Below, in pieces: positions 30,765 to 41,030 of a stretch of DNA of 64,000 nt (position 1 is the first letter of the stretch; every line of letters begins with the position of its first letter). The position numbers were made by a program, and so were the translations under genes. The stretch comes from Methanocellaceae archaeon UBA148 (GTDB taxonomy: Archaea > Halobacteriota > UBA148), in the NCBI GenBank assembly GCA_002495885.1, contig DAHG01000025.1, positions 19,022-83,021 on the forward strand. The letters are read 5' to 3'. A model generated the notes under the pieces. The model was not told the origin of the DNA, did not search any database, and was given only the letters and a program-made list of their open reading frames with translations.

Positions 30765-32441
30765 TTAGGTTCTACTGAAGCCATCTTTGATTTTATAATA
30801 GTTCTTCCACCCCGTGTCTCTATTTAAGCATTGATTGATTAGATTTTCCATAACGCTAAGTTGTCCCCCCTCAATTTTCATCTCAGATGCAAGTTCTTCA
30901 CCAATCTTGATCTGTATCTGGGCTTCGTTTGAGAGAAATTTTCTTTTAGCATCTTCGGATAGAAAATCTGTGAGTTTGTTTCCAATAACTACTGCAATAC
31001 ACCAATCACTGCTACCACGTATAGCTCTACCAATTCCTTGCTCAACTCGTTGTGCCTGTTGTCGTCGAATAACTCTTGAATCTTGTCTTACCTCTTGTGC
31101 ATATCTATCAATCAGTAAATTATAAGAAGGAAGCGAATCCAAACACAATATCCTACATATACTATCTGGCAAGTCAACGCCATCGTATTCGTTTACAAGA
31201 ATGAGGACTTCTTTTGCATCCTTTTGTTTGACTTTCATTTTTAGTTCATCAATATTTTGATGGAGATCCCTAACAGTTGTTACCTTTGCACCGCCCTGCA
31301 TCCATTCTTTAGCGTGATGAAAGGAAGGAACTATAGAGACTACTCCGAAGCTCCCATGCTTTGAAGCAAATTTTAACAGCCACGAGATTATTTTCTCTCT
31401 TTTTAGATTCGAGTCGACAAGTGTTGGTATCAAAATTAACCTCTCACCACTGTATTTGACATCCTTGGTAGACAATGGATTTGAAACACTTTCTGGTGCT
31501 ACACCCAAATCTCTAACTAGAAAGGCATCTTCCGTTAAAGTCGCAGATAGAAAAATACGCCTATCTGCCCGTGTAAATGATGGAACTAGATCTATTGGAA
31601 GAAGACGAGGTGCAATTTCCAATTTCTTCCCTGAGAAAATGCACATACATTGGTCTATCTTGTCTTTTAGTAAGTCCCAGACGAAAATGAGTTCCTGACT
31701 TTCTTTGTGTCTACCCAACACATTAAGTACTTCCCCTTGTCTTTCGTACCACGTCCCAAAAGGAACAGCCATGATACAATCTAACCCGTGATTAATAATG
31801 TCCATGTATGTTCCTGGCCCTTGTCTTTTCAAAGATTCTTTGAAGATGGAAAGTAAATCGGTGTATAAGGGATTATCGACTCCACCATCTGTTTCTCTAT
31901 CAACTACAACGGAAAAAGATTCACGGATTATGTCTAGACACTTATGAGCATCATCTATTACTACAGCGCCTATGTGTGTTGGTTCTTTACCTGACCCTAC
32001 GATCCCAAAAACAGATTTACCATTGAATAATTTGTTACAGTTTGTTACTAATATCGCTTCTGAGTTCAGAAACTTTTGAGGGAGCCTTGTAGAATTTTCT
32101 GCAAATTGTATTGTTTCAATCCCCCAAATGAATGAGCTTGATCGGTTGTTTGGGTAACCAAATAATTGTTTGGACAAAGATAAACTGCGGGTCCTTTTCC
32201 CTCATTAATACTAGATTGAAGCATAAGCAAACCGATAAGAGTCTTTCCTTGTCCAGTATGCAATTTTACGATTATGTCCTTTTGTTCACGTAAATTTTTA
32301 TACCATTCTTTTAGAATAGATTCCTGTGGGGGGTCGAGGATATTCTTTGCCGCTCTCCCTATCTAAGTCATTAAAGATGGCAATGGGGTCTGTGGTTTGA
32401 CTCAATTTCCCCTTGCCTAGTACTTTTTCGAAATCTACCAT
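30765..32441 (-). pseudogene. DinG/Rad3(XPD)-family SF2 helicase, interrupted by two +/-1 frameshifts
   Basis: Walker A 'LHTGQGKTLIGLL', 'VIDDAHK' (DEAH-like), 'LSATL', and motif VI 'QGIGRAIRGSSDWCIAVV' with a Helicase_C_2-like C-terminus. The three reading frames join at a C6 run (32327-32332) and a C5 run (32121-32125). Confidence 0.7.
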
Positions 32442-32628
32442 AATGTTAACCTCTTAGCATCAACTTAATACCCATACATTTCTCGCTCAGTTTAACCCTT
32501 TTGCTCGCGATTTCGCATAACTTCAATTAAAAACACTTTTTATTCGTTTAATACTACTATTTGGAATTAAAACGAAGTTTTTATTAAATTGGATTTTTTT
32601 GTCTAGGATTACTTTAAAAACCGAAAAG

Positions 32629-33414
32629 TCAAACTACCACTATCCCCGCATAACCAACCACACTGGATTTATCGCCAGTAACATCTCCGCTGGTAGCGTA
32701 TTTTAGCAATTTGCCTTTCTCTGCCCCTAGTGCCTTTGTGGTCTCCATCATGACTGCAATGGGTCCGTAGCCGCAAACCGACATGTGATGTTCATAGATT
32801 CGGGAATAAAACTTTGAAACGTCCAGCCCTAGTATCGCTTCTATCACCGAGTTATCCTTCTCCCTTGCCACTTTATCAGGCTCATAATGGGTAAAATCAG
32901 AGGATGCCAACACAACGACATCTTTGCCTCGTAACACATTCGCCAGATCACCACTGACCTCTTTGACAGTTTCCTCATCTTGTAAACCCATGCTTATTGA
33001 AACGATCTTGAAATCCTTGAACCTATGCTGTAAAAACGGTAATTGGACCTCTATCGAGTGTTCATATCTGTGAGCAACCTCATCTACGTCTATGCTTGAA
33101 GAGAGATCATCCACGATTTCTTTATCCACTTCCACATCGCCTAAAGGCGTACTCCATGTCTCTTTTGACAAAGCGATGACGGGGCCGATTGAATGGTGGT
33201 TGGGTCCGATGAGGACATATGTCTCGGCGGAAGGGATCGCAGCATAAACATAGGCAGCCACTTGCCCTGAATAGACATAGCCGGCATGTGGTACCACGCC
33301 CCCCTTTGCACTTCCCTCTTCAGGGACGGAAATATCAAAAAAGCCCTTTAGCTGAGATCTCAAGCCTTCTGGGTCTCCTCTATATAATTGTCCCGCAACA
33401 ACAGGCCTTCTCAT
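32629..33414 (-). CDS. MEMO1-family protein (AmmeMemoRadiSam system protein B)
   Basis: 'MRRPVVAGQLYRGDPEGL' N-terminus with 'HAGY' and 'GPNHH' motifs. Confidence 0.85.
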   Translation of the reverse strand: MRRPVVAGQLYRGDPEGLRSQLKGFFDISVPEEGSAKGGVVPHAGYVYSGQVAAYVYAAIPSAETYVLIGPNHHSIGPVIALSKETWSTPLGDVEVDKEIVDDLSSSIDVDEVAHRYEHSIEVQLPFLQHRFKDFKIVSISMGLQDEETVKEVSGDLANVLRGKDVVVLASSDFTHYEPDKVAREKDNSVIEAILGLDVSKFYSRIYEHHMSVCGYGPIAVMMETTKALGAEKGKLLKYATSGDVTGDKSSVVGYAGIVVV

Positions 33415-33421
33415 AGAACCC

Positions 33422-34027
33422 TCATAGTTCTGCTTCGAAATCCTCTACAGTATAGCTAAATGCTTCACCCCTTTCCTTGAGGGTTTCCCTGGCGAGCAAC
33501 CAGTAAACTACTGCCAGTGCCTTCCTTCCCTTGTTGTTTGTGGGAATCACCAGGTCGACGTTGGTAGTCAAATTGTTGGTGTCGCACATTCCTACAACAG
33601 GAATTCCAATGTTCACTGCCTCTTTAACCGCTTGTGCATCACCACTCGGATCTGTTACGATTAATAGGTCTGGCTCCGTATAATTCATATATTGTGGATT
33701 TGTCAACGTTCCAGGTATGAATCTCCCTGCAATCGCTTTTGCACCTATCGCTTTGGCGAGTTTTTCCGCAGGTCGCTGACCATATTGTCTTGCCGAAACG
33801 ATCACTATCTTCTCTGGATCATATCTTGCTAGCATCTTAGCTGCAACTCTAATGCGTTGATCTGTTGTCTGAACGTTTAATACATACAGCCCATCCGTCC
33901 TCACCCGATAGATAAACTTCTTCATGTCTTCGGTTTTCTGCTGAGTTCCGATATGAACACCCGAAGCCAGATACTCATCCATGGGTATAAGCGACTCATA
34001 TTCGGTATCCATAAAATCTTCATTCAT
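33422..34027 (-). CDS. rps2: 30S ribosomal protein S2 (uS2)
   Basis: '[33 protein letters not shown]'. Confidence 0.9.
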   Translation of the reverse strand: MNEDFMDTEYESLIPMDEYLASGVHIGTQQKTEDMKKFIYRVRTDGLYVLNVQTTDQRIRVAAKMLARYDPEKIVIVSARQYGQRPAEKLAKAIGAKAIAGRFIPGTLTNPQYMNYTEPDLLIVTDPSGDAQAVKEAVNIGIPVVGMCDTNNLTTNVDLVIPTNNKGRKALAVVYWLLARETLKERGEAFSYTVEDFEAEL

Positions 34028-35220
34028 GCTAATTCCACCATCTTTTCACCAGATTCTTCTATCCTGATTAATTCATTAAGCTTTGCTATTCTTTCTCCCC
34101 CCACCACACCTGTCTTGATGATTGGAGTACCAAACGCTACTGCTAGGTGAGCGATCGTATCATCAGGAGTCTCACCAGACCTATGGGACATAACGCAAAC
34201 ATAACCGTTAGCATTTGCCATCTTTACTGCTTTATAAGCATCTGTTACCGTTCCTATCTGATTTGGTTTGATCAGCACGGAATTTGCTGCACCGACTCCT
34301 ATGCCTCGCTTTATTCTGATTAAATTCGTGACAAACAAATCGTCGCCACAGATCAAACAACTCGCATCAGAGGTTAGTTTAGCGAATCCGTCGAAGTCTT
34401 GCTCGTGTAACGGATCTTCCACATAACATAGGTCGTATTGATCTATCAATTCCTCAATGTATCCTATCTGTCCCTCTCTGCTGAGGTTAACATTCGAATA
34501 TACATAGGATGAACCGTCCCATAATTCTGTCGCAGCTACATCAATGGCAGCACGTATCTTGAATCCGACACGATCTGATACATCCTCTATCGCTTCAGAT
34601 AGGAGTGTAAGCGCTTCCTCATTGCTTATCTTTGGGGCCCATGCCCCCTCGTCACCTTTACCACAGGGTATGCCTCTATCGTCCAATAATGTCTTAACTT
34701 GTTTATGGACTAAGGCATTAGCAAATACGGCATCGGTCATAGATCTTGCCCCTGTTGGTAGCACTAAAAACTCCTGAATGTCTGTTCCTCCTGGGGCATG
34801 TGCTCCTCCCCCGATTACATTACCTAGTGGGTAAGGGAGATTTTTACCCAACCCAAGGTGTCGATACAATGGCACTCCAAGCGATGATGCCGCTGCTTTT
34901 GCTACCGCCATGGATGTCGCAACAGCCGTATTGCCGCCTATGTTCGAAAAGTCATCTGTGCCATCTATCTCATGGAGCAACGCATCTACATTACTTTGGT
35001 CTGTAGCATCCAGACCGATTAATCTTGGGAGAACCTTTTCTTTTGCTTTTGAGATTGCTTCTGGAACGGAGAGAACTCTAGCCTCAAAACTTCCTCTGCT
35101 AGCACCAGATGGCGCCGCAGCTCGCCCGAAACCGTTTTTCGTGCGTATATCGACCTCAATGGTTTTGTTCCCTCTGCTATCGGATATTTCTCGAATCATC
35201 ACGTCCTGAATTATCGTCAC
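34024..35220 (-). CDS. eno: Enolase
   Basis: '[33 protein letters not shown]' and the 'SHRSGETPD' motif. Confidence 0.95.
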   Translation of the reverse strand: MTIIQDVMIREISDSRGNKTIEVDIRTKNGFGRAAAPSGASRGSFEARVLSVPEAISKAKEKVLPRLIGLDATDQSNVDALLHEIDGTDDFSNIGGNTAVATSMAVAKAAASSLGVPLYRHLGLGKNLPYPLGNVIGGGAHAPGGTDIQEFLVLPTGARSMTDAVFANALVHKQVKTLLDDRGIPCGKGDEGAWAPKISNEEALTLLSEAIEDVSDRVGFKIRAAIDVAATELWDGSSYVYSNVNLSREGQIGYIEELIDQYDLCYVEDPLHEQDFDGFAKLTSDASCLICGDDLFVTNLIRIKRGIGVGAANSVLIKPNQIGTVTDAYKAVKMANANGYVCVMSHRSGETPDDTIAHLAVAFGTPIIKTGVVGGERIAKLNELIRIEESGEKMVELA

Positions 35221-35331
35221 AAATTTTTCCTCCAGAGTGCTTGAATGACTAATCGGGTAATATCTCAGAGGGTTCGATCTTTGACACTCTACGGTTTCAA
35301 TAGGGACACATCTTGCCGTATTTCCAAAGGT

Positions 35332-35526
35332 CTAATCCTTTTTCCTATTTACTGTGATGGGGTTCAGGCCTTTTTCCATTTCGAGTATCGCAATTGCGAT
35401 TGGATCACAACTATCTTGGATATCTTGACCTTCTAAATTCACTAAGACTGGTGCACCCATTGAAATCTGCAATGCACGAGCACCGATTATCCTGGCTTTC
35501 TCATATTTCGTATATTTTTGATCCAA
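35332..35526 (-). CDS. rpoK: DNA-directed RNA polymerase subunit K (Rpo6)
   Basis: 64 aa with '[19 protein letters not shown]'. Confidence 0.85.
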   Translation of the reverse strand: MDQKYTKYEKARIIGARALQISMGAPVLVNLEGQDIQDSCDPIAIAILEMEKGLNPITVNRKKD

Positions 35527-35541
35527 TCAATCACCTTTGGA

Positions 35542-35616
35542 TGGGGTTGCTGAGAGTTGAACTCAGGTCACGGCGACCCGAACGCCGAAGGATAAACCAG
35601 ACTACCCCACAACCCC
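35542..35616 (-). tRNA. tRNA-Pro (anticodon CGG)
   Basis: Minus-strand cloverleaf: acceptor GGGGTTG/CAACCCC, anticodon stem CGGCG/CGCCG with loop TTCGGGT, T-arm CTGAG-TTCAACT-CTCAG. It exactly fills the rpoN-rpoK gap. Confidence 0.8.
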
Positions 35617-35618
35617 TG

Positions 35619-35837
35619 CTAATACTTTGCCAACGCATCTACTAACTCCACATGCGACAATATCATGCGTCGACAACAATATCTCTTAATGCCTAGGTCA
35701 TCTAGTATATCTCCCACCCTTATCTCGTTTGTTCCCATCTCCTTTTTTCTTTCCTCAACTCTTTTTTTGTAATCCTCCCACGAACTGGATATTACATTCC
35801 CACATGTGAAGCATCTAACTGGAATCATGTCCATCAC
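35619..35837 (-). CDS. rpoN: DNA-directed RNA polymerase subunit N (Rpo10)
   Basis: '[13 protein letters not shown]...RYCCRRM' zinc-binding motif. The true start is probably the internal Met at 35828. Confidence 0.85.
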   Translation of the reverse strand: MMDMIPVRCFTCGNVISSSWEDYKKRVEERKKEMGTNEIRVGDILDDLGIKRYCCRRMILSHVELVDALAKY

Positions 35838-36235
35838 CGATATGATTTTTGATACTTTGCCCTTGCACCAGGTCCACCGACTTTTTTGGGCTCTTTTTGC
35901 CTGGCATCACTGATCAAAAAGTTTCGGTCATATTCTAAAAACAGACTCTTGAGTTTTTCATCAGCGGTCCATTTTATCAAGCCTCTTGCTATTGCCGTTC
36001 TAACGGCATCTGCCTGGCCCATGACGCCTCCGCCTTTCACATTTACATCGACATCTATGCCCAAAGCAACATCACCTGCCACGAGCAATGGCTCCGAGAT
36101 CTTAAGTCTTGCCAACTCTGGCTCTAAGATCTCCAAGGGTTTTTTATTCACCGTGACTTTGCCAACACCTTTCTTTATTGTGGCTCTTGCAATAGCTGTT
36201 TTTCTCTTACCACTTTCATTGAAAATCTTTGTCAT
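35834..36235 (-). CDS. rps9: 30S ribosomal protein S9 (uS9)
   Basis: C-terminal '[14 protein letters not shown]'. Start chosen at the Met that gives an ATGA overlap with rpl13. Confidence 0.9.
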   Translation of the reverse strand: MTKIFNESGKRKTAIARATIKKGVGKVTVNKKPLEILEPELARLKISEPLLVAGDVALGIDVDVNVKGGGVMGQADAVRTAIARGLIKWTADEKLKSLFLEYDRNFLISDARQKEPKKVGGPGARAKYQKSYR

Positions 36236-36669
36236 TGAATCACCCATTTAGCACCGAGTTTTTGGCTTAGGGCTCCCAACCGCATATATTTAATCTTGCT
36301 CAATCTTGTCATTTTAGCATCATTAATGGTCTCAAAAGACTCATTTTGCAGCTCATATGGCACTTCAATATATACTTTCAATCTGGAGTATGCACTACGC
36401 CCATATCCTCGTTTATAGGGAAGCATGCCCCTAATTGTCCTTTTTAATATCCGGTCCGGTCTCTTTGGGTAATACGGGCCCTGTTCCCTAGTGCCCCTAT
36501 TTACCTGTCTGTTGTACTTTTCGAACGTGCTCAACTTTGAACCCGAAATTACGGATTTTTCTGCGTTCACGATGATTATCTCTTCACCTGAGAGTAGACG
36601 TTTTGATATAGTTGATGCCAAACGTCCTAATATAAGCCCATCTGCATTGATGATAGTCATTTCGATCAC
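36232..36669 (-). CDS. rpl13: 50S ribosomal protein L13 (uL13)
   Basis: '[14 protein letters not shown]' N-terminus. Confidence 0.9.
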   Translation of the reverse strand: MIEMTIINADGLILGRLASTISKRLLSGEEIIIVNAEKSVISGSKLSTFEKYNRQVNRGTREQGPYYPKRPDRILKRTIRGMLPYKRGYGRSAYSRLKVYIEVPYELQNESFETINDAKMTRLSKIKYMRLGALSQKLGAKWVIQ

Positions 36670-37019
36670 TGAATTATTCGAACTCCCTTACCAGAGGGAT
36701 TCTCCTCCATTAATTGTTCTATTGTTAGGCATTTTCCTTTCACGTTCTTGATTTTATCTCTAGCGGAAAGGCTAAAGTCAAGAGCAACTATCGCCACTGC
36801 GTGATCTAGAATACCAGAGCCAAGCACCTTGCCTGGCACGAGTACTGTTTCACCCTCTGATGCATGTCGGTTTATTTGACCGAGATTAACTTCTGCGTAA
36901 TTTCTCGTCGGTCTTTCTAACCGCTTTGCTACATCTTTCCAGATTGCTGCTCTTTTCTCACGTGATTTGGTCTTAAGGTCCTCTACTAATTTGACCAATC
37001 TTGGATTTGTTTTTGCCAT
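36666..37019 (-). CDS. rpl18e: 50S ribosomal protein L18e
   Basis: 117 aa with 'NPRLVKLVEDLKTKS...VLVPGKVLGSG'. Confidence 0.85.
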   Translation of the reverse strand: MAKTNPRLVKLVEDLKTKSREKRAAIWKDVAKRLERPTRNYAEVNLGQINRHASEGETVLVPGKVLGSGILDHAVAIVALDFSLSARDKIKNVKGKCLTIEQLMEENPSGKGVRIIQ

Positions 37020-37020
37020 A

Positions 37021-37184
37021 TGCGGGGGACGAGATTCGAACTCGCGAACTCCTACGAGACAAGGCCCTCAACCTTGCGCCTTTGACCCAGCAAGGAGAAA
37101 TTGCATTTCTCCATTGACCCTTTTCTCATTTCCCGTCAAGCGAGGTGGAAAAGGGCTTGTTTGACCAGACTTGGCAACCCCCGC
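37021..37184 (-). tRNA. tRNA-Leu (anticodon GAG) carrying a ~79-nt insertion (putative non-canonical intron) in the D-loop
   Basis: Exons assemble as GCGGGGG-TT-GCC AAGTCTGGTCAAA | GGC-G-CAAGG-TTGAGGG-CCTTG-[long variable arm]-GCGAG TTCGAAT CTCGT-CCCCCGC-A. A 7-nt GGTCAAA direct repeat sits at both junctions. Confidence 0.7.
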
Positions 37185-38003
37185 TCAACTTAGCTTCTTC
37201 AAGCACTTTTTTAGCCCATCAATCTTTTCCTTTATATTATCTGCTGACCTTAAAATCACCTCCTCAGCTGGAAGCGAACCATGGGATTCAAGGTTAAACA
37301 CGAACGAGGTTGGATCACTGCCAATATGTATCGCCCTTGACTCGCAGACATCCTCACAAAGGCGGCACAAGGAACAATCGAGTTCGTTGGTAATCTTCAA
37401 GGTATCCTCCAACTTGAGTATGCCAGTTGGACAGACTTCCACACAGGCACCGCAACCATTGCATTTTGATACTGAGATGGTCGGCATATTTTTGTAGCTA
37501 CACATAGCTGGTTGCCATTTCGAATGCTCTTGACCTTTGCCTAACCTTGCTATTGCCTCCAAATACACCTTTTGACCTTCCATGAGTTTAATGATTGGTA
37601 TCCTTTCGTCTGAAGGAACTATTTTTGGGTCAGATGACTTTAACTCCCCAGAATAAACAACTTTCGGTCCTTCAGCGCTTAGCGTCAGAGATACTTGACA
37701 CTGTGGGCATCCTCCATCACATTTGCACTCAGAGCGCAATATGTAGGAATCCAGATCGGTCTCCAAGGGAATTAAGCCCAAGCGCAGAGCAAGCATTTCA
37801 TCAAATAATACGGATGTATTCTCGTATATGTTGATATCATCTATCGCCAGCGTTGGTACCTCTGCAATCGCACTCCGCCTTAGAGCGTTTGCGAAAGCGG
37901 ATGAAACGCCGGACAATATGAATTTTGCTCTGCGATCAGATAACTCCCTTATATCGATTTTCGTCTCAGACCCTCCTATCACCTTTCGATCGCGTTCCAT
38001 CAT
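37185..38003 (-). CDS. rpoD: DNA-directed RNA polymerase subunit D (Rpo3) with a ferredoxin-like 4Fe-4S domain
   Basis: '[18 protein letters not shown]' and '[12 protein letters not shown]' cysteine clusters in an alpha-like subunit fold. Confidence 0.85.
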   Translation of the reverse strand: MMERDRKVIGGSETKIDIRELSDRRAKFILSGVSSAFANALRRSAIAEVPTLAIDDINIYENTSVLFDEMLALRLGLIPLETDLDSYILRSECKCDGGCPQCQVSLTLSAEGPKVVYSGELKSSDPKIVPSDERIPIIKLMEGQKVYLEAIARLGKGQEHSKWQPAMCSYKNMPTISVSKCNGCGACVEVCPTGILKLEDTLKITNELDCSLCRLCEDVCESRAIHIGSDPTSFVFNLESHGSLPAEEVILRSADNIKEKIDGLKKCLKKLS

Positions 38004-38346
38004 GAGGTATGGGTGTCACGTCCTCAATTGTTCCTATTCGCAATTCAGCCCTAGCCAATGCCCGAATTGCGGCTTGTGCACCTGGGCCCGGACTGCGCTG
38101 TTTGTTGCCTCCAGGGGCCCTCACTCGTACATGAACGCCTATAATGCCCTTCTCCTTGGCTTGCTCTGCAGCCGTCATTGCAACTTGCATAGCCGCATAT
38201 GGTGAGCCCTCGTCTCTATCTGCTTTAACCACCATTCCACCAGATGACTTTGAGATGGTTTCTGCCCCTGTTAGGTCTGTTATGGTTACTATCGTATTAT
38301 TAAACGATGCATAGATATGTGCAATACCCCATTTTCCATCAGACAT
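37966..38346 (-). CDS. rps11: 30S ribosomal protein S11 (uS11)
   Basis: '[21 protein letters not shown]' from an internal Met start. The ORF-track N-terminal extension is probably spurious. Confidence 0.9.
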   Translation of the reverse strand: MSDGKWGIAHIYASFNNTIVTITDLTGAETISKSSGGMVVKADRDEGSPYAAMQVAMTAAEQAKEKGIIGVHVRVRAPGGNKQRSPGPGAQAAIRALARAELRIGTIEDVTPIPHDGTRSKGDRRV

Positions 38347-38350
38347 ATTT

Positions 38351-38899
38351 TCACCCCTCTTTCTGAGCAATAGGCTCTTTCTGAGCCTGAGTAATAGGAG
38401 ATCCCACGTAGTATCCGATCTTGGATTCTTCATCCTTTAGAACGGTGTAACTCGGAATAGTGATCTTCCTACCTGCAACCGCTACATGGCCATGAACAAT
38501 GAACTGGCGAGCTTGTTTGGCAGAATTTGCAAGAGCGCTTCTGTGAACCAAAGTTTGCAAGCGTCGTTCCAACATGTCCTCGATTCCCAAGGAGAGAATT
38601 TCATCTAATTCAGCATTTTTCTTTAGCAAGCCTATTTTGCTTAGTTTCCCTAACACGTTCTTTGATTCCGATCGAGCATAATCCCCTACCTTGCCCGGTT
38701 CATTTATCTCTGCAAGTAATTTTCGTGCTTCTCGCCGGTATTTTCTTAGTGTACTATGTGCCTTCCAAAGCTCTCGCTTATTTCTTAGGCCATATTTTTT
38801 GACCAATTCTGCTTCCTCAGATATCCTTGTCGCTTGCCATGGAAGACGGGGCGTTTCATATGTTTTTCTTTTCTTACCTGGATAAGCCATGAAAATCAC
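38351..38899 (-). CDS. rps4: 30S ribosomal protein S4 (uS4)
   Basis: '[16 protein letters not shown]'. Confidence 0.9.
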   Translation of the reverse strand: MIFMAYPGKKRKTYETPRLPWQATRISEEAELVKKYGLRNKRELWKAHSTLRKYRREARKLLAEINEPGKVGDYARSESKNVLGKLSKIGLLKKNAELDEILSLGIEDMLERRLQTLVHRSALANSAKQARQFIVHGHVAVAGRKITIPSYTVLKDEESKIGYYVGSPITQAQKEPIAQKEG

Positions 38900-39384
38900 T
38901 CCTTTTCTCCTTGTGCCGCCATTATCTTCTTCCTTACAACTCCAACTATGGCTCCCTTTCGCCCAGTTGACTTAGTTCTTTGACCTCTGACTTTGTGTCC
39001 TCTCTCATGCCTAATGCCCTTGTAACTACGCGTTTTCTTCATTCTATCGAGGTCCTCTCGTAACGTCAGCATGACATCAGGACCAATAATGTGTCGTTCA
39101 GTACCAAGTATTGGATCTTTCTGCCTATTGACCATCCAACTAGGAGCACTTTTGTCGAAGTCCATAACCGCCTTTTTTAATCGTTCAATCTCTTCATCGG
39201 ACAAATAACCCATAGTGGACTTTAGATCCAATCCAGCGTTCTGAGCAATTATCCTTGCTGTCCTCCTGCCAATACCTTTCATGCCGGTAAGAGCATAGTG
39301 TACACTCTTATTACCCTCTAGATCGGTGCTACCGATTCTAACTATGTGCTTGATTTTTTCATCTGTCGTTTTTTGTTTATCCAT
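38896..39384 (-). CDS. rps13: 30S ribosomal protein S13 (uS13)
   Basis: Starts at 'MDKQKTTDEKIKHIVRIGSTDLEG'. The longer ORF-track version runs through tRNA-Ser. Confidence 0.9.
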   Translation of the reverse strand: MDKQKTTDEKIKHIVRIGSTDLEGNKSVHYALTGMKGIGRRTARIIAQNAGLDLKSTMGYLSDEEIERLKKAVMDFDKSAPSWMVNRQKDPILGTERHIIGPDVMLTLREDLDRMKKTRSYKGIRHERGHKVRGQRTKSTGRKGAIVGVVRKKIMAAQGEKE

Positions 39385-39413
39385 GTTATCACCTAGCTCA
39401 GACGAAGCAGGCA

Positions 39414-39498
39414 CGCCAGGGAAGGGATTTGAACCCTTGCGTTCCAGAGGAACACAAGCTTTCCAGGCTTGCGCTTTAGGCCGCTCAGCCACCCCGGC
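39414..39498 (-). tRNA. tRNA-Ser (anticodon GGA)
   Basis: Minus-strand fold: acceptor GCCGGGG/CCCTGGC with one G-U pair, anticodon stem CAAGC/GCTTG with loop CTGGAAA, long variable arm, T-arm with TTCAAAT. Confidence 0.85.
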
Positions 39499-39528
39499 AC
39501 AAGGGTTTAAAGCCCTTTGAAATCCAAT

Positions 39529-40494
39529 TTACCATCCTTTAGCGTATATGTTGGGTTCCATTAAGACCCTATCGGTGTCAACTACAACTCCTTTCCTAGC
39601 ATATAACATTTGCTGTGAATCCATTTTAGCCGTACCGAGGCATACTGCCTCACCTTTTAACGTGAACACGGCCACCCAATCTTCTGCATGGATACCCTTC
39701 TGGGTAGATAGTACCCCAGGTACTGCCAGATCTGCACCATGGCATATTGCGTCTACGGCGGAATCCCTGATGACTACTTTCGGCAGAAACTCTAATGCGT
39801 CTTCCATTGGACGGATTACATTTCTGAGGGTGGATTCTATGCCTTCCTCCTCCCAAAAGACGTATGCATCCTTGAGATCATGCAATGTCGTGATCGTTGC
39901 CTCTGTAAATGGCCCTGCTCGAGTCCTACGTAATTCTGACATGTGTGCCCCGGTTCCAAGCGTTTTGCCGATATCATGGCACAGCTTACGAATATATGTT
40001 CCGGCTTCACACCCCACCTTGAATAGTATATCTTTCCCGTCCGTCTCTTTTATTTCTAGATAGTAGATGTCTCTCTTGCGAATACGTCGCTTGACAGCAG
40101 ACTTTAACGGGGGTCGTTGATATATTGATCCAACGAACTGGCTGAAAACTCTTGTTAGTTTCTCTGCTGGAACGTTTCTGTGAAGTCTCATTACACCTAC
40201 ATATTCTTTACCCGCCGTTAGTAGGGCACCAACAACCTTGGTGGCATCGTTGAGCATAACTGGAAGCGCACCAGTCACCCTTGGATCCAACGTCCCACTA
40301 TGGCCTGCTTTGTTTAAATTTAAAATTTTCTTGGTCCATGCAACTACCTCATGAGAAGTTGGACCCGGTGGTTTGTCTAGGTTTATCAAGCCTTTATTGA
40401 TGTGATCCTTTATATCACGTCTTCTTGGATCGCAACCATAATCTGGATTTGTTGTATCCTTTGCTCTAACGAGCATCTCTCTCTGCGTATTCAT
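39529..40494 (-). CDS. cbf5: tRNA/rRNA pseudouridine synthase Cbf5 (TruB family, with PUA domain)
   Basis: 'LINLDKPPGPTSHEVVAWTKKIL' and 'GHSGTLDP' catalytic-Asp motif. Confidence 0.9.
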   Translation of the reverse strand: MNTQREMLVRAKDTTNPDYGCDPRRRDIKDHINKGLINLDKPPGPTSHEVVAWTKKILNLNKAGHSGTLDPRVTGALPVMLNDATKVVGALLTAGKEYVGVMRLHRNVPAEKLTRVFSQFVGSIYQRPPLKSAVKRRIRKRDIYYLEIKETDGKDILFKVGCEAGTYIRKLCHDIGKTLGTGAHMSELRRTRAGPFTEATITTLHDLKDAYVFWEEEGIESTLRNVIRPMEDALEFLPKVVIRDSAVDAICHGADLAVPGVLSTQKGIHAEDWVAVFTLKGEAVCLGTAKMDSQQMLYARKGVVVDTDRVLMEPNIYAKGW

Positions 40495-41030
40495 TTTTTA
40501 TCGCCTAAAGCTTTTATCGAAGCATAAAGAATCTTCGCTACTCCCTCCTTGTCCCACTTGGATGAGTCGACTACTAAATCATAATGAGATAGGTCATTGA
40601 TATCGATTTGATAGAGTTCCATGTGTCGTTTTGCGTCACATTCGTCTCGTTCTTTTGCATCGTGTAGGGCTTGGTCAAATGATATTCCTTCCCTAAATGC
40701 GACTCGGTTGCATCGAGAATCTACAGGAGCCTTGAGCCATATTTTTATGTCGCCATCCACCATCCATCCTGATAGACGCCCTTCGATCAAGACGTTATTT
40801 TTTTTCTTTGCGATCTCTACCTGTCTTTCGTCGATCATTTTATCTATTTTTGGATCAACTTTTGCCAATTTGCCAAGTTCCAACAATGAGACTCCCCTTT
40901 CCTTCGCCATACTCCGAAACATGTCTCCAGCCGATACGATATCGAGTTGTAGCATATCTGCAAGCATTCGCCCAACAGTGCTGGTTCCACTTCCTGACAA
41001 GCCACCCAATGTGATTATCATTTTATGCAC
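40491..41030 (-). CDS. cmk: Cytidylate kinase (archaeal type)
   Basis: P-loop 'IITLGGLSGSGTSTVGRMLAD'. Confidence 0.85.
   Translation of the reverse strand: MHKMIITLGGLSGSGTSTVGRMLADMLQLDIVSAGDMFRSMAKERGVSLLELGKLAKVDPKIDKMIDERQVEIAKKKNNVLIEGRLSGWMVDGDIKIWLKAPVDSRCNRVAFREGISFDQALHDAKERDECDAKRHMELYQIDINDLSHYDLVVDSSKWDKEGVAKILYASIKALGDKK

Larger units (their letters stand above)
26507..32450. mobile_element. Putative integrated element or decayed genomic island inserted next to the tRNA-Arg/tRNA-Ser pair
   Basis: Contents are an integrase, a truncated HsdS, small membrane proteins, a frameshifted helicase and low-GC hypotheticals. The end is set by the core gene memo. No att direct repeat was found by eye. 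Confidence 0.45.

Noticed and set aside
32363-32365. In-frame TAG upstream of the helicase Walker A segment, considered as a possible pyrrolysine codon
   Set aside because: The upstream ATG-initiated segment is in a different frame. A -1 homopolymer frameshift explains the junction better, and nothing suggests Pyl usage here.
39385-39492. N-terminal 36-codon extension of the S13 ORF
   Set aside because: It overlaps tRNA-Ser(GGA). S13 homology begins at the internal Met.
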